64,000 nucleotides of DNA from Tubiluchus corallicola (lineage: Eukaryota; Animalia; Priapulida), in contig JAQGDQ010000041.1 in the NCBI GenBank assembly GCA_030141605.1, positions 1 to 64,000 of the forward strand, given 5' to 3'. This document shows positions 1-13,397 of the stretch, one piece after another; the first letter of the stretch is position 1; each line of letters opens with the position of its first letter. A program made the position numbers and the translations under genes. The notes below the pieces were generated by a model, which was not told where the DNA came from, made no database searches, and saw only the letters and a list, made by a program, of their open reading frames with translations.

Positions 1-1750
1 AACTTATTAAATGTTGCTACCAGCAAACGGAAGGTTGCTGTATCAGATGTAAAAGTATCCAAACTCTTCCAGCCTGAGTCAAACGGTGATGGTAAAGTGT
101 AAGGCCGGGATCAATGCCTGGTCCCATCAGTTCTGCTTGATGGGATATACACAATATATGATATCCTTGGCATATATGATATCCTATACACAATATACTT
201 GATATACACAACGGTGATGACAAAATTTCGACCTATTTTGCATATGCTATTCTCCGACCAAATACTACAAAAAAACACCAAAAACGGTTTTCTTGCAATT
301 TTAGGGGCAATTTTGCAAACTGACCCTAGTATTATTATCGAGATGAAGAACATGATGTGCATGTGCATATAATGTTGATATATTGATCAACATTTTTCAT
401 ATTTACCGGTTTTCAGAAGTAGCAATATGCGGCGGATTATATGACACCGTATTCAGATGTATGCGAGTTTTTTAATTCCTTAACCTTGCGTTATTATTAC
501 TGGGACTTATATATTTTATTAATCTTGTTTACAGATAATGCAGACGAATGTGCCCTCGGTTTGGATAACTGCCTCTTAGAAGCCACCTGCACAGATACCG
601 TTGGCAGTTATTTTTGTATAGAACCGGGTAAGCTATGAAACATCTGAACGTCGTAATGCAAGTCATACAAACTTGCAAAAATCGAATAATAATTCAGTAG
701 AACTTGTAAAACAAATTAGACTTCAAGTAAACACTTCTCAATTTAGGCAAACTGGCCTTACAACAATAATTTCACAAAAAGCTAGATAGTTATAACATAA
801 CGTAAAATTTTTGAAACCAACTGACAGACATTATTATGGCAACTCTCTGTTTTAAACAATAGAAAAGACACAAAAGATAAAATTCAAGACAAATCAGTAC
901 GAAAACTGCACAACTGCAGCATTAGGAAAAGAGCAAAATGCTTAAAAGACAAAAAATTACATAGAGGCTGTAACATAACCTTTTGCCAGCCAGGGAAAAA
1001 TCAATGAGTAATAGTACATAACAGCTTACTATATCTTTTTATTGAGAACCTCTCACACCCTCCATATTTACTGTTGAAGTCTTATTAATTTACGTGTCCA
1101 GAAAACACTGCAACCTTAAGGCCTATTGCTGGAAATTCAAAAAAGATCATGGTCGCATTTAAAGAAAACCCAGACCTAATCTTAAACTGTAGGTCTAGAT
1201 CTAAAAACTAAATATGTACACTTATTGGTTCATCTGTTTATGCTTATTTGTTTTTACACGTATTTTGTTCAATGTACCATACACAAAGTGTCAGAAAATG
1301 ACAGCCTCACTATACATAAAAGTAATCACAAGTAGATGTAAACATATTGTTAATATGTTTATCATTATAATATTTTCTTTAATATGTTTTCTAAGCTTTT
1401 ATCACTAACTATTGTCAGAAATCAAAACTTAAAAGATGGAGAAAAAACAAGTAATGACACCATTCCAATTGAGAAACCAACGTGTTCATTTTCGGCACTC
1501 ACTGCTGCGAATAACGGATATTAAAATAAGTGTTTTCCACTCAAATCTAAATGCTCTTTATTATAGTTTTAGCCGTTGTTATGTATATTTTTGTGTTTTT
1601 CTGCACTGGGAACAATACCAAATTACTCTAATACTAATCAGAGTCCTTTAGTAGATTTGTTTTTAGACTTCTATTCGATTTTTGAATGATACTATGGCAA
1701 TAAGGTGACTCTAGAGCTTCTAAATCCATATATTTTATATATAACATCTC
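1..1750. repeat. Left arm of a long near-perfect inverted duplication (reverse complement of 4473-6223)
   Basis: Position 1 pairs with 6223. ORF translations 17-223, 111-368, 441-638 and 1214-1408 are identical to 6001-6207, 5856-6113, 5586-5783 and 4816-5010 on the opposite strand. The only difference noticed is TTTATT (~1557-1562) vs T7. The match ends at CATCTC (1745-1750). Confidence 0.97.
535..627 (+). pseudogene. Inverted duplicate of the 93-bp EGF-like exon 5597-5689
   Basis: tttacag|AT AAT GCA GAC GAA TGT...GAA CCG G|gtaagc encodes NADECALGLDNCLLEATCTDTVGSYFCIEP. It is present on + only because of the inversion. Confidence 0.65.
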
Positions 1751-3898
1751 CAATGTAATTTTGCTCACATTCACAAGTAAAGCTACCATCAGTATTCTGG
1801 CAATTCCCATGCTCTTCATCACAGTTGTGCATGCTGGTTGTGCATTCATCTATGTCTGATTAAGTAAATAATACCATTTTATTTCAGGCTAATATTTTAT
1901 ATTTTACAGTAGCTGCAGTTCCGCATTTTTTGCTTATTAAGTTAGATTGTGTATCAAAACAGCAACTGAGTTTTTGAGAGATTATTGTTATGCCACATGC
2001 CCAGTAACATATTTGCAAGACAATACCTTATTTTGGTTGCAAGGAGTAAAAATGCAAACAGATGTCAAATGAGCAAGCAAATAAATGAACAAATGAAAAA
2101 ACATGCAAACTAACAGACAGGCAAGCAATCAATTAATTAAACAAACAAGTACACAGATACATAAACAAGTAGTTACCAAATGTGCTATCTGATATATACA
2201 TTTTATCTGAAAAAAAGTTATGTATATTTGAACTACAGAAAGTAATTGCTTACCTACACACACAATTCCATCTCCAACATAATTTTGCTCACATTCACAA
2301 GTAAAGCTACCATCAGTATTTTGACAAACCCCATGTGCTTCGTCACAGTTATGGGAACTAGTTGAGCATTCATCTTTGTCTGTGCCAGAAAAATGATAAA
2401 ACTATGAAATGCTACCTGATAACTACATTTTATCTGAAATGCCACTCTATTATGCCAAGCTGAACCACAGAAAGTAAATGCTTACCTGCACACACAATTC
2501 CATCTCCAACATAATTTTGCTCACATTCACAAGTAAAGCTACCATCAGTATTCTGGCAATTCCCATGCTCTTCATCACAGTTGTGAATGCCGGTTGTGCA
2601 TTCATCTTTGTCTGTGCCAGAAAAAAGATAAAACTATGAAATGCTACCTGATAACTACATTTTATCTGAAATGCCACTCTATTATACGAAGCTGAACCAC
2701 AGAAAGTAAGTGCTTACCTGCACACACAATTCCATCTCCAATGTAATTTTGCTCACATTCACAAGTAAAGCTACCATCAGTATTCTGGCAATTCCCATGC
2801 TCTTCATCACAGTTGTGAATGCCGGTTGTGCATTCATCTATGTCTGATTAAGTAAACAGTGCCATTCAATTTCAGGTTAATATTTTACAATAGAAGGTAT
2901 GACTGAAGACATCTATCTCTTTTTACGAAAAGCAAATCTTATGTGCTAAATTGCAGTAAACATTTGTTTACCTATGTATGCAGCTTTATCTCAGACATAA
3001 TTTTGTCAATACTTTGTCATTTACTATTAAGCTAAATCAAACTTATAAAATAATTATCATTTGAATATTCGCATTTAGCTGATTTAAGAAATATCAAGCA
3101 AATTTTAGAATGTTATTTGGTGACTATAGCGATGTGTTGCAAAAACTACTCCTTGCCCCAGAAAGCATATGCATACCTATACAAGTGATTCCATCACCCA
3201 TGTAATTCTGCTCGCACTCGCAACTGAAACTGCCATCAGTATTTTGACAAACCCCATGTGCTTCGTCACAGTTATGGGAACTAGTTGAGCATTCATCTTT
3301 GTCTGTGCCAGAAAAATGATAAAACTATGAAATGCTACCTGATAACTACATTTTATCTGAAATGCCACTCTATTATGCCAAGCTGAACCACAGAAAGTAA
3401 GTGCTTACCTGCACACACAATTCCATCTCCAATGTAATTTTGCTCACATTCACAAGTAAAGCTACCATCAGTATTCTGGCAATTCCCATGCTCTCCATCA
3501 CAGTTGTGAATGCCGGTTGTGCATTCATCTATGTCTGATTAAGTAAATAATGTCATTCAATTTCAGGCTAATATTTTATATTTTACAATAGGTCCAGTTC
3601 TGCATTTTTTGCTTATTAAGTTAGTCTCTATGGCAACAGCAACTGAGTTTTTGGGAGATTATTGTTACGTCACATACCCAGTTACATATTTGCAAAACAA
3701 TACCTTATTCTGGTTGCAAAGAGTAAAGATGCAAACAGATGTCAATCTGAACCATGAAAAATAAATGCTTACCTACACACACAATTCCATCTCCAATGTA
3801 ATTTTGCTCACATTCACAAGTAAAGCTACCATCAATAATCTGACAATTCCCATGCTCTCCATCACAGTTGTGTATGCTGGTTGTGCATTCATCATTAT
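1751..3898 (-). repeat. Tandem array of seven 126-bp EGF_CA exon copies (last one truncated) with duplicated introns
   Basis: Each copy encodes D(I/K)DEC.....HNCD..HG.CQNTDGSF.CECEQNY.GDG..C. A near-identical 106-bp intron occurs at 2380-2485, 2612-2717 and 3303-3408 (232-bp period). Intron 1856-2070 resembles 3535-3745. Confidence 0.95.
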
Positions 3899-6800
3899 TT
3901 GATTTATAATTATTGCCATTCAGTTTTAGATTAACAACTTACAGTAAATGCAGGCCTGTATTTTTGATCAATTAAGAGTCAAATTAGTATTTCGGAGAAT
4001 GTAAATGTAAATTTTCTCGCACATCGCTCTGTACTGTACCATTTACTGTAAAGATTTGGTGTTGTTTAACTTTGATCGCTAAGTAAGCACATGCCCTTTA
4101 CCTGTAATTAATACCCTCGCCCCAAAAAACCTGAAAAGTATATTTGGATATGTGAAGAGAGTGTGTGTTCATTACAGAAAAGCTAGATAAATTATTTGTT
4201 TTCTCTGTTTTTGCATCTGCACATTGCTTTCTCTATTCATTAAATAAATTTAGATTGACAGTCCACCTTAAATTCTAAATTGTTAACTTTAACAATTTTA
4301 TATAATAGTCAAGTGGCAATTGTGCAAAATGTGCAACATTCTGGCACCCCATGTTAAGTTTTTCACACAGTGGTTTCGAAGGCAGGAGTCTATAGTTTTA
4401 AAAAATTAGGATGGCTTTTTTTAACTGAGGCTTAAGACAGTTTCAAAGTCTTTAAAATAAAATGCCTAGAATGAGATGTTATATATAAAATATATGGATT
4501 TAGAAGCTCTAGAGTCACCTTATTGCCATAGTATCATTCAAAAATCGAATAGAAGTCTAAAAACAAATCTACTAAAGGACTCTGATTAGTATTAGAGTAA
4601 TTTGGTATTGTTCCCAGTGCAGAAAAACACAAAAATATACATAACAACGGCTAAAACTATAAAAAAAGAGCATTTAGATTTGAGTGGAAAACACTTATTT
4701 TAATATCCGTTATTCGCAGCAGTGAGTGCCGAAAATGAACACGTTGGTTTCTCAATTGGAATGGTGTCATTACTTGTTTTTTCTCCATCTTTTAAGTTTT
4801 GATTTCTGACAATAGTTAGTGATAAAAGCTTAGAAAACATATTAAAGAAAATATTATAATGATAAACATATTAACAATATGTTTACATCTACTTGTGATT
4901 ACTTTTATGTATAGTGAGGCTGTCATTTTCTGACACTTTGTGTATGGTACATTGAACAAAATACGTGTAAAAACAAATAAGCATAAACAGATGAACCAAT
5001 AAGTGTACATATTTAGTTTTTAGATCTAGACCTACAGTTTAAGATTAGGTCTGGGTTTTCTTTAAATGCGACCATGATCTTTTTTGAATTTCCAGCAATA
5101 GGCCTTAAGGTTGCAGTGTTTTCTGGACACGTAAATTAATAAGACTTCAACAGTAAATATGGAGGGTGTGAGAGGTTCTCAATAAAAAGATATAGTAAGC
5201 TGTTATGTACTATTACTCATTGATTTTTCCCTGGCTGGCAAAAGGTTATGTTACAGCCTCTATGTAATTTTTTGTCTTTTAAGCATTTTGCTCTTTTCCT
5301 AATGCTGCAGTTGTGCAGTTTTCGTACTGATTTGTCTTGAATTTTATCTTTTGTGTCTTTTCTATTGTTTAAAACAGAGAGTTGCCATAATAATGTCTGT
5401 CAGTTGGTTTCAAAAATTTTACGTTATGTTATAACTATCTAGCTTTTTGTGAAATTATTGTTGTAAGGCCAGTTTGCCTAAATTGAGAAGTGTTTACTTG
5501 AAGTCTAATTTGTTTTACAAGTTCTACTGAATTATTATTCGATTTTTGCAAGTTTGTATGACTTGCATTACGACGTTCAGATGTTTCATAGCTTACCCGG
5601 TTCTATACAAAAATAACTGCCAACGGTATCTGTGCAGGTGGCTTCTAAGAGGCAGTTATCCAAACCGAGGGCACATTCGTCTGCATTATCTGTAAACAAG
5701 ATTAATAAAATATATAAGTCCCAGTAATAATAACGCAAGGTTAAGGAATTAAAAAACTCGCATACATCTGAATACGGTGTCATATAATCCGCCGCATATT
5801 GCTACTTCTGAAAACCGGTAAATATGAAAAATGTTGATCAATATATCAACATTATATGCACATGCACATCATGTTCTTCATCTCGATAATAATACTAGGG
5901 TCAGTTTGCAAAATTGCCCCTAAAATTGCAAGAAAACCGTTTTTGGTGTTTTTTTGTAGTATTTGGTCGGAGAATAGCATATGCAAAATAGGTCGAAATT
6001 TTGTCATCACCGTTGTGTATATCAAGTATATTGTGTATAGGATATCATATATGCCAAGGATATCATATATTGTGTATATCCCATCAAGCAGAACTGATGG
6101 GACCAGGCATTGATCCCGGCCTTACACTTTACCATCACCGTTTGACTCAGGCTGGAAGAGTTTGGATACTTTTACATCTGATACAGCAACCTTCCGTTTG
6201 CTGGTAGCAACATTTAATAAGTTGTTGACACTCTTTTGGTGCTTTACAATACACAGTTTAGTGTGATTTCTTGGCAATTCAGTAAAACTTTTTCAGCCTG
6301 AGTCGAATGTAGTAAAGTTCAGGGCAGGGATTCATTCCCAGTCCCGACAAGTTCTGCTTAATGCGCAACCCGTTCGGTATGCTCCAGCATTGCAGCCAAT
6401 AACACTCTTTTTCTTGTGGACAAGTATTTGGTATGTGCTTTATTTATTCATTTAAAAGTTTATCTAAATTATTAAAAACAATTGGTTTATAATTATGCAA
6501 AAACCAAGATTTTGAGCAAATTAGCAGGTCAAAATAATGAATCATAAAAATAGTAAGCTTAACATTTGATGAGTTTGGTGACCAAGGAGCCTAATGTATT
6601 ATAAAGGCCACCGATAATGAACTATATAAAACGACAATGAAACGTATTAATATCCACATATTAAACATGTTGGTATAGTGGTAGCACCTTTAACGGTAGT
6701 ATATTAAAAGGAAAGAAAAAGAACAAAGGGATGCATTACAAAAAAAACATTATGCATATTTACAATTCAAGCAATATATAAAGTTGTTCATTGAAATCTA

Positions 6801-8436
6801 AGAAAATAACAAAATGGTTTCATCAATTGTATTGCTAGAGTAAAAAGTATATATACACTCATGTACATGTAGAGACGGAAGACAAATCACCGATACCAGG
6901 TTTAGTATAGTTCTACAACAGAGCCGCGGTATTTATAAGAAAATTTCCGTAGATAAGTAATTTATTATTACATTTAATGGTGTGGTAGTTAAGCTTATTA
7001 CGAGTGTGGTATTTATGAAGTTTTGCTCAAAATAGTGATCAAATAACGATGGAAGTAAATTGTGGTGGTACTCGTACACAAAAACAGCAGTTTCAAGTTT
7101 ATTTATATCTTAAACACTTAAAAAGTCTAGATGCTTAAACAATGGTGCAGCATATTTTTACTAGGTTGGAATAATATTGTTCCAACAATGTGTTTTTGAA
7201 GAAGATAAAGCTTAGACAGGCTCGATGAATAATTGCAATGCCAAACAATGTTGCAGTATTGCTATTTGGGTGGAAAATGTCTTATAAATTAGTCATAGAT
7301 TTTTTGTTGTGATTTTATGAGCTATTAATTTAAGGTGGCCTTTTCAGTTCAATTTTTCGCTGAAGGACAACTGTTACAGTGATACATGTGTTGACTTTGT
7401 CAAACTAGAGTGCAGCAAAACGTTCAAGCAGAACCAAGAGGCAAGCCAGCTACTTACTCTAGGAATAATGCATAGAGATACCAGATTCATCTGCTGCCTC
7501 TTCAACACTAACTCTGTAGACCAGGCTATCTTTTCCTCTCTTGGCAAAATCGGAATTTCTCTGGTCGCAACCAGTAAAAGGCAACAGAACAGAAAGCGGA
7601 AAAGCTTTCCAGAGCCTACGACATGTGCAATTTCTCGAAACAAACAGAGTGTAGCAACGTGCCTAATGTATTATACAATACTGTACATTTAATATTCATT
7701 CGAGGAAAGGTACCAGCTGTCAAACATAATGTTGCTACGTGGTCAAAACAGATAGACTTTTTTCACAACTACTAAAAGATATGGCCCTTATGAGCTGGCA
7801 ATGCCACATTGTCTGCCATCTTAAATCCTGTGGCCATATTGGATTCTAATATATTGGTCTTTTTTTTAGGTCATTTAGGTCATTTGTATGTTATTTTTCT
7901 AATCATATTGTATGTTGATGTACTGTATATGTATCGCTGGAGTGAAATAAACTGTTTTGATGTGATCTTGAAAAACGCGGCCAGATTGGGCAAAATATGA
8001 TAGTGGTTGTAACTAATTTATAATTACAGCAACCCCGACGTCCATGCACATGCGCACTGTACGAAACCCCGCCTTCGAAATTTCGGTGTAAATTCAGCCC
8101 TTTTGCGAAAAGACGATAAAGCAGCTTTCATATGTAACTGCTTCCACGTACATTACAGTGCACAAAATCGACCTAAAGATTAAACAAAAGCTGTAAAATC
8201 TCTTTGGTCACGCACAACTGTCTTACTATATTGAGGGAAAAATATTGAGTCAATTATGCGGAGTTATTTGTGTCAATTGCCCACGATTTTTATGAAAATT
8301 TGAATAGAAGCGGCCCGTACCAGACTCTTTTGAGTCAATTAACTGAGTCTAATAAGCGGCGCCTACTGTACTTCTGCTACTATTGCTGCTGCTACTGCTG
8401 CTGGTGCTGCTGCTGCTACTATTACTGCTACTGCTA

Positions 8437-8532
<96 letters not shown>

Positions 8533-11500
8533 ATTTACCCTGTTTGTCTGAATCTGCCACGGCAAACAAGTTTATGAATGAACATGCAAACCTGTAGGGA
8601 AAGCAGTATTTGGCATCGTGCCCAATTGCCTTTAATCTCGCCTTTGTTCTCGAATAGTAAAATCAAAAAGCATAAAAACCCCAAAGTTGCTGACTACTAC
8701 TACTGCTACTGCTACTACCACCATACCACTACTACTATTACTACGGTACTACCACCGCCGACACTGATGATGCCTTTTGAACTTTTACATTGACTTGAAT
8801 TCTGACCTCTCTGAATTCTGGTTTGACCCTGGCTTTGTTACCCATTTTTTAAACATTTGAAAATTCAATTAAAAAAATCTGGGTAACTGACCGTTTAATG
8901 TGTATTCAGCAGAGTAGCCTCTTTCAACTACACTATAATCCGAGGCAAATTTGAGCAGCATGGGACCATTAGTGATATATGGTCCAGGTAATGACGATGT
9001 ATGGTCACCAGTCAAATTTGTGAGTAATTCTCCCTCCTCATCTGTGCCTTTAAATACGCTTAGATAATCGTATTTTCCTGCAAAATTAACATTTAAAAAA
9101 CTAGGTAAAGTTCTTTGACTCGTGGTCATTTGTCCGATAATACTTTGACCGCCCTCGTGCAAGTACAATTTTTGCAAAAAACGGGTTAAATTAATGAGCG
9201 CACCATGGAGTGCTTACAAATAAATGTAAGACGTCTACATCCTAGAAACGGGTCATTATATACGGACAAGCAAGATTATCATATCTAAAACTGCACTCCT
9301 TAGAAGAGAGGAGAATTATTCTTGACTTAAAATTATCAACAAAATATGCAACTTTATAGTGGATTTAGACTTTAACGTTTTTTTCACCTTATCACTGTGT
9401 CGGGGTTTAAGAGGTCACTGTTGAATTCTATTTGGTAATTTTGCAAGATTAGATGTATGTAAATTTTCATTTGGAAATCGTATTGTAAAGATGTGGAATT
9501 TATTAACAGACGAAACAGGAAACAGTGATAACTACAACTTTTCAATCGTAGATCAAACATTTTCAACTTGCGTAATTTTTGTACTTTGACGAATTTCTGC
9601 TCGATGCTGTTTTGTAAACAAATGTTCTAGTCCTCTGTAAGTGCCCTACGCTTAGTGGACTTTTCTTTTCTCTAGTCATGCACAAAATTTTTGAAATGCA
9701 ACTTATATAATCATTTTAAGTAATGCTTAGTTTTTTTATGTCAAATTTTTATATCAAATATGTATTTTTGTACAGTGTTGTATGTAATTTTGTGTGTATG
9801 TGGAGAATGAATAAAAGTATATTGCTTAGTTTAGTTTATTAGACACCCATAAAATAATACAATAAAATGAATAAAAATACTAAATTTATGTCAATAAAAA
9901 TATTTGGAAAAGACGCACAGAGATACAATGCTTAAGTGCGTCTGATAACATGATATACAACATTTCAAAATATTCTAAATAAAGTAAAATTAAAAAATGC
10001 AATTTGTTTACATGTGCCTATCGTAATACAAATACTGATTTCAATCCAAGGTGTTTAAACGTTTCTGAAATAATTTGGCATTCATTGCAGTAACCAAAGG
10101 ATGTCAATTTATAAGTGATGGTAGGGAATTCCATATTGGCACTACACGATTTGAGAAGAAATTAGCAAAACTAGTTTTGGAAACACGTCTCACATATAAT
10201 TTTAGCGGATGATTCCGCCTCGTGTTATCGGTTATTGCAAGGCTAAAAAACATGTTAGAGTCTAAATCCACTTCTTTGTGTATGATATTATAACACATGA
10301 CTAAATCGCTTTTAGACGTCTAAGCGATTCTAAGAGATTCTAAGCCTAGTAACTTAAGCCTCTCAGGGTAAGATACGTAGTTTAAATTATATCTATAGAA
10401 GACTCTACGTGTGAAATACCTTTGGACATTTTCCGGCATATCTATTTCGCCATTATGGGATGGAGACCAAGCATAGGAGCAATATTCTTTAATAGGCCTG
10501 CCGTATGCCTTATAGGCTATCAGAAGTGCATTAACATTTCTAGTTTCGTATATTCTAAATAACGTAATTTACAATTATTGTTTGTAATTGGCTCTCTGGT
10601 ATTTGTTGATTTGAAAATTTCTTTGTAAGGTTTTCTTACCTCGATTGGGGCTGTTGGAGGATAAATGTTGGAACAAAGTTTATAGATTTCTTCTAAATAG
10701 ATTGTAATCACATTCGTATTTGTTTCAATAACATATGCTCATGCAGAAATGCCCAAATGTGTGCCATAAACATTGTGTGATTTTTTTACCTTCTATCACA
10801 AAATCCGTGAAAGTTAACGTAACTTGTCTCCCCGGCTCCACATCAATAAGATAATAACATTCAAGATAGTTTTCGTACTCGCTTGGGTAATTGGGGGATG
10901 TGATTGTTCCGCTTCCGGTAAATCCGCCACAGTCACCTGCTTCATTAGATTCTTTATTAGAACATTTAAATTTTAACGTTGATAATATACACATTACTGT
11001 TACCAGTACATCTACTGCAATATCAATGTTATTATAATTCGTATAAACAGTGTGTCAAATATGATGTATGTAAAGGCCATATGAATGCCCTCATGGGAGC
11101 TGATAGGTTTATACGACCAAGCCTGGTGTACCGAGTGCGTATTTAAAACTATGAAGCAGGGTTGACTGGAAGAGGATATATATTCGCATATATAAGCTTA
11201 GTCCCAGTCGCCCGTTTGTTCACTTATTTGTTACTAAATTCGGTGGATCAGTCTATTTCACAAATTGCAGATACTTCCAGTCTCAGGTTTTACTCATGCG
11301 GCTGCAACCACTCTTATCCCGATAATATAATCAACGTGTTATTCATTGTGTAAGCTTATTATGGCCCTCCGCTATTGCTGCGAGTTTTAGGTACCGTGCA
11401 GACATGGAATTTTCAGTCACGCAACTAAAAGTTGCAAAATCTGTAAACAACCAAATGAAAAAAATCCACAATCTGGGCTCAGACTTTTAGATGCGCAACT

Positions 11501-13346
11501 GTTTTGTAATGTACTGTTTTCAGTGAGATCACGCAGAACATGCCATGTACAGTTGCACAACTTTTAGCAAAACACAATGGTTAAGCGTAAGAAGAAGGGC
11601 ACTATTAAATTTTCACCAGTGGTACAGTTCGCCACCAGTACAATTCGCCAGTGGTACGGTTTGCCACTAGTACATTTCAGCAGTAAAATTACTCTACTAT
11701 GTCAATACCATAAACAACCATTATCCATAAATTGTTTTTGTTCACCAGTGGTACGGTTCACCACTAGTGTGGTTAGCCAGTAGTACGATTCGTCACCAAT
11801 ACAGTTTATTGAAAAAAAATCTCTATTATGTTTTTACCTTATTACTTTTAACAAAATATTTCAGTTTGCCAGTGGTATATTTCACCAAAAAGATTTTTTT
11901 ACTGTGTTAATAATGTAAACAAATTGCTTTTTGTTCGTCAGTCTTACTGGGCGCCACTGGCTGGCACAGTGCGACACTAATACAGTTCGACAGTGTAATT
12001 TCTCTGTTATGTCACATTATTATGTTGAGGACATCCATTACTATCCATTTTGTGCGGTGTTGGTGGCGCCTACACTGCTCGTACGTTTGAAATCGCATCA
12101 ATCAAGTTATATTTCTGCGGGGCCGGTTCTGCCACTAGGCAGTTGCCTAGGGCGCCACATTTTTTTGGATGGGGGCCGCGGCAAATTCTGAAAGTATTTT
12201 TTAAATTTTTAAATTTAGCTTAAGTTATAACATCAGGTGAAAATTCTTAAGTGTACTATACTTTAATTAAATGAAACGAACCACTTGCGTTATTTTTCTG
12301 TCAAACGTACAATGCATCGACAATAACATGGAGGTGTCTTTCGGGTCTTGCAGGAAAACACTCTTAACTTACTTTTGCTTTACCTAGCTTCCCAAGAAAA
12401 CATCATTTTATACAGATATTACTCATTACACTTCTTTTGCCCACAGTTTATATTGTATGCATCAGAGCAGCATACTTACGACTCCTTTCGATAATAAGAT
12501 AATAAGAAAAAGTTCCTTGCAATAGCATTTACTTAATTATGACAAATAAGCTTAGAAGAATCGAACTCTAATACAAGAAACGAAAAGTAAAAAGTCTGGC
12601 GGACGTTGGACAGCAAAAAATTTGCTAATGAACTATTGGCAACTAGATCACAGTTGCGGTAGTGAAGAAAATAAGACTAGTGAAATGGATATACGTGAAA
12701 AGAGAAGTTAGGATTTCAAATATCGTCTGACGAAAAGGCTGAGGGAAGTTCTTGTCAAGAATGTGACACGAAGGCGGTACCGTACAGGGGGGGGGGTTGT
12801 TGTGCACTAAAGATACTTTTGCGTAGAGCGTAAAAACTACGTAGAGCCAGCCAGTCTTTCTTTGACTTAGTAACTGTAATTTCTATATTGTGATATTTAC
12901 AAATTTAAGCTAAATCAATTTTCTTTAAACTGTTTAAAGGACTAAAGACTAAAGAATACTATTTACTAGTAACTATATTAATTCGTTATAATGAACATTA
13001 TATTAATGTCGAAATAATGTTCTAAAGAGCAGAAAAAAGTTTTTGATTTGTAAATTCAAATGCCCCGTGCATAAATTAGGTCAAAATTTTTAACTAGCAT
13101 TCAATATACTTTCATTTGAAAAAATTCTTTGGTCTCGACATTTTTATGCACTATTTTGCTCAAATATTCAACGACAGCAAAAACCGAAACCACATGGCTT
13201 CATATAGACAAAACTTACTAGCCGTTTTACAAGTTACAGCGTTAGAAAATTTGATACTTTTACATAGAAACAAAGCCTATAACATCAACATACGCACATT
13301 CACACGTGCACACACGCGCACACACGCATGCACGCACGCACACACG

Positions 13347-13397
<51 letters not shown>

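Noticed and set aside
1634-3368. ORF-track peptides MAFQIKCSYQ.../MNAQPAC...
   Set aside because: These are wrong-frame readings of the EGF exons plus intron. The real frame is DxDEC...C.
1751-3898. Repeat-spacer pattern resembling a CRISPR array
   Set aside because: The repeats are 126-bp EGF-coding exons with splice sites, and the 'spacers' are themselves duplicated introns. The context is eukaryotic with no cas genes.
8270-8793. Poly-Tyr/Leu/Thr ORFs (similar cases at 13116-13499, 17338-17678, 35625-35943, 37652-37953, 39587-39866, 53547-53886, 55057-55308, 62586-63006)
   Set aside because: They are open only because they cross microsatellites or low-complexity DNA.
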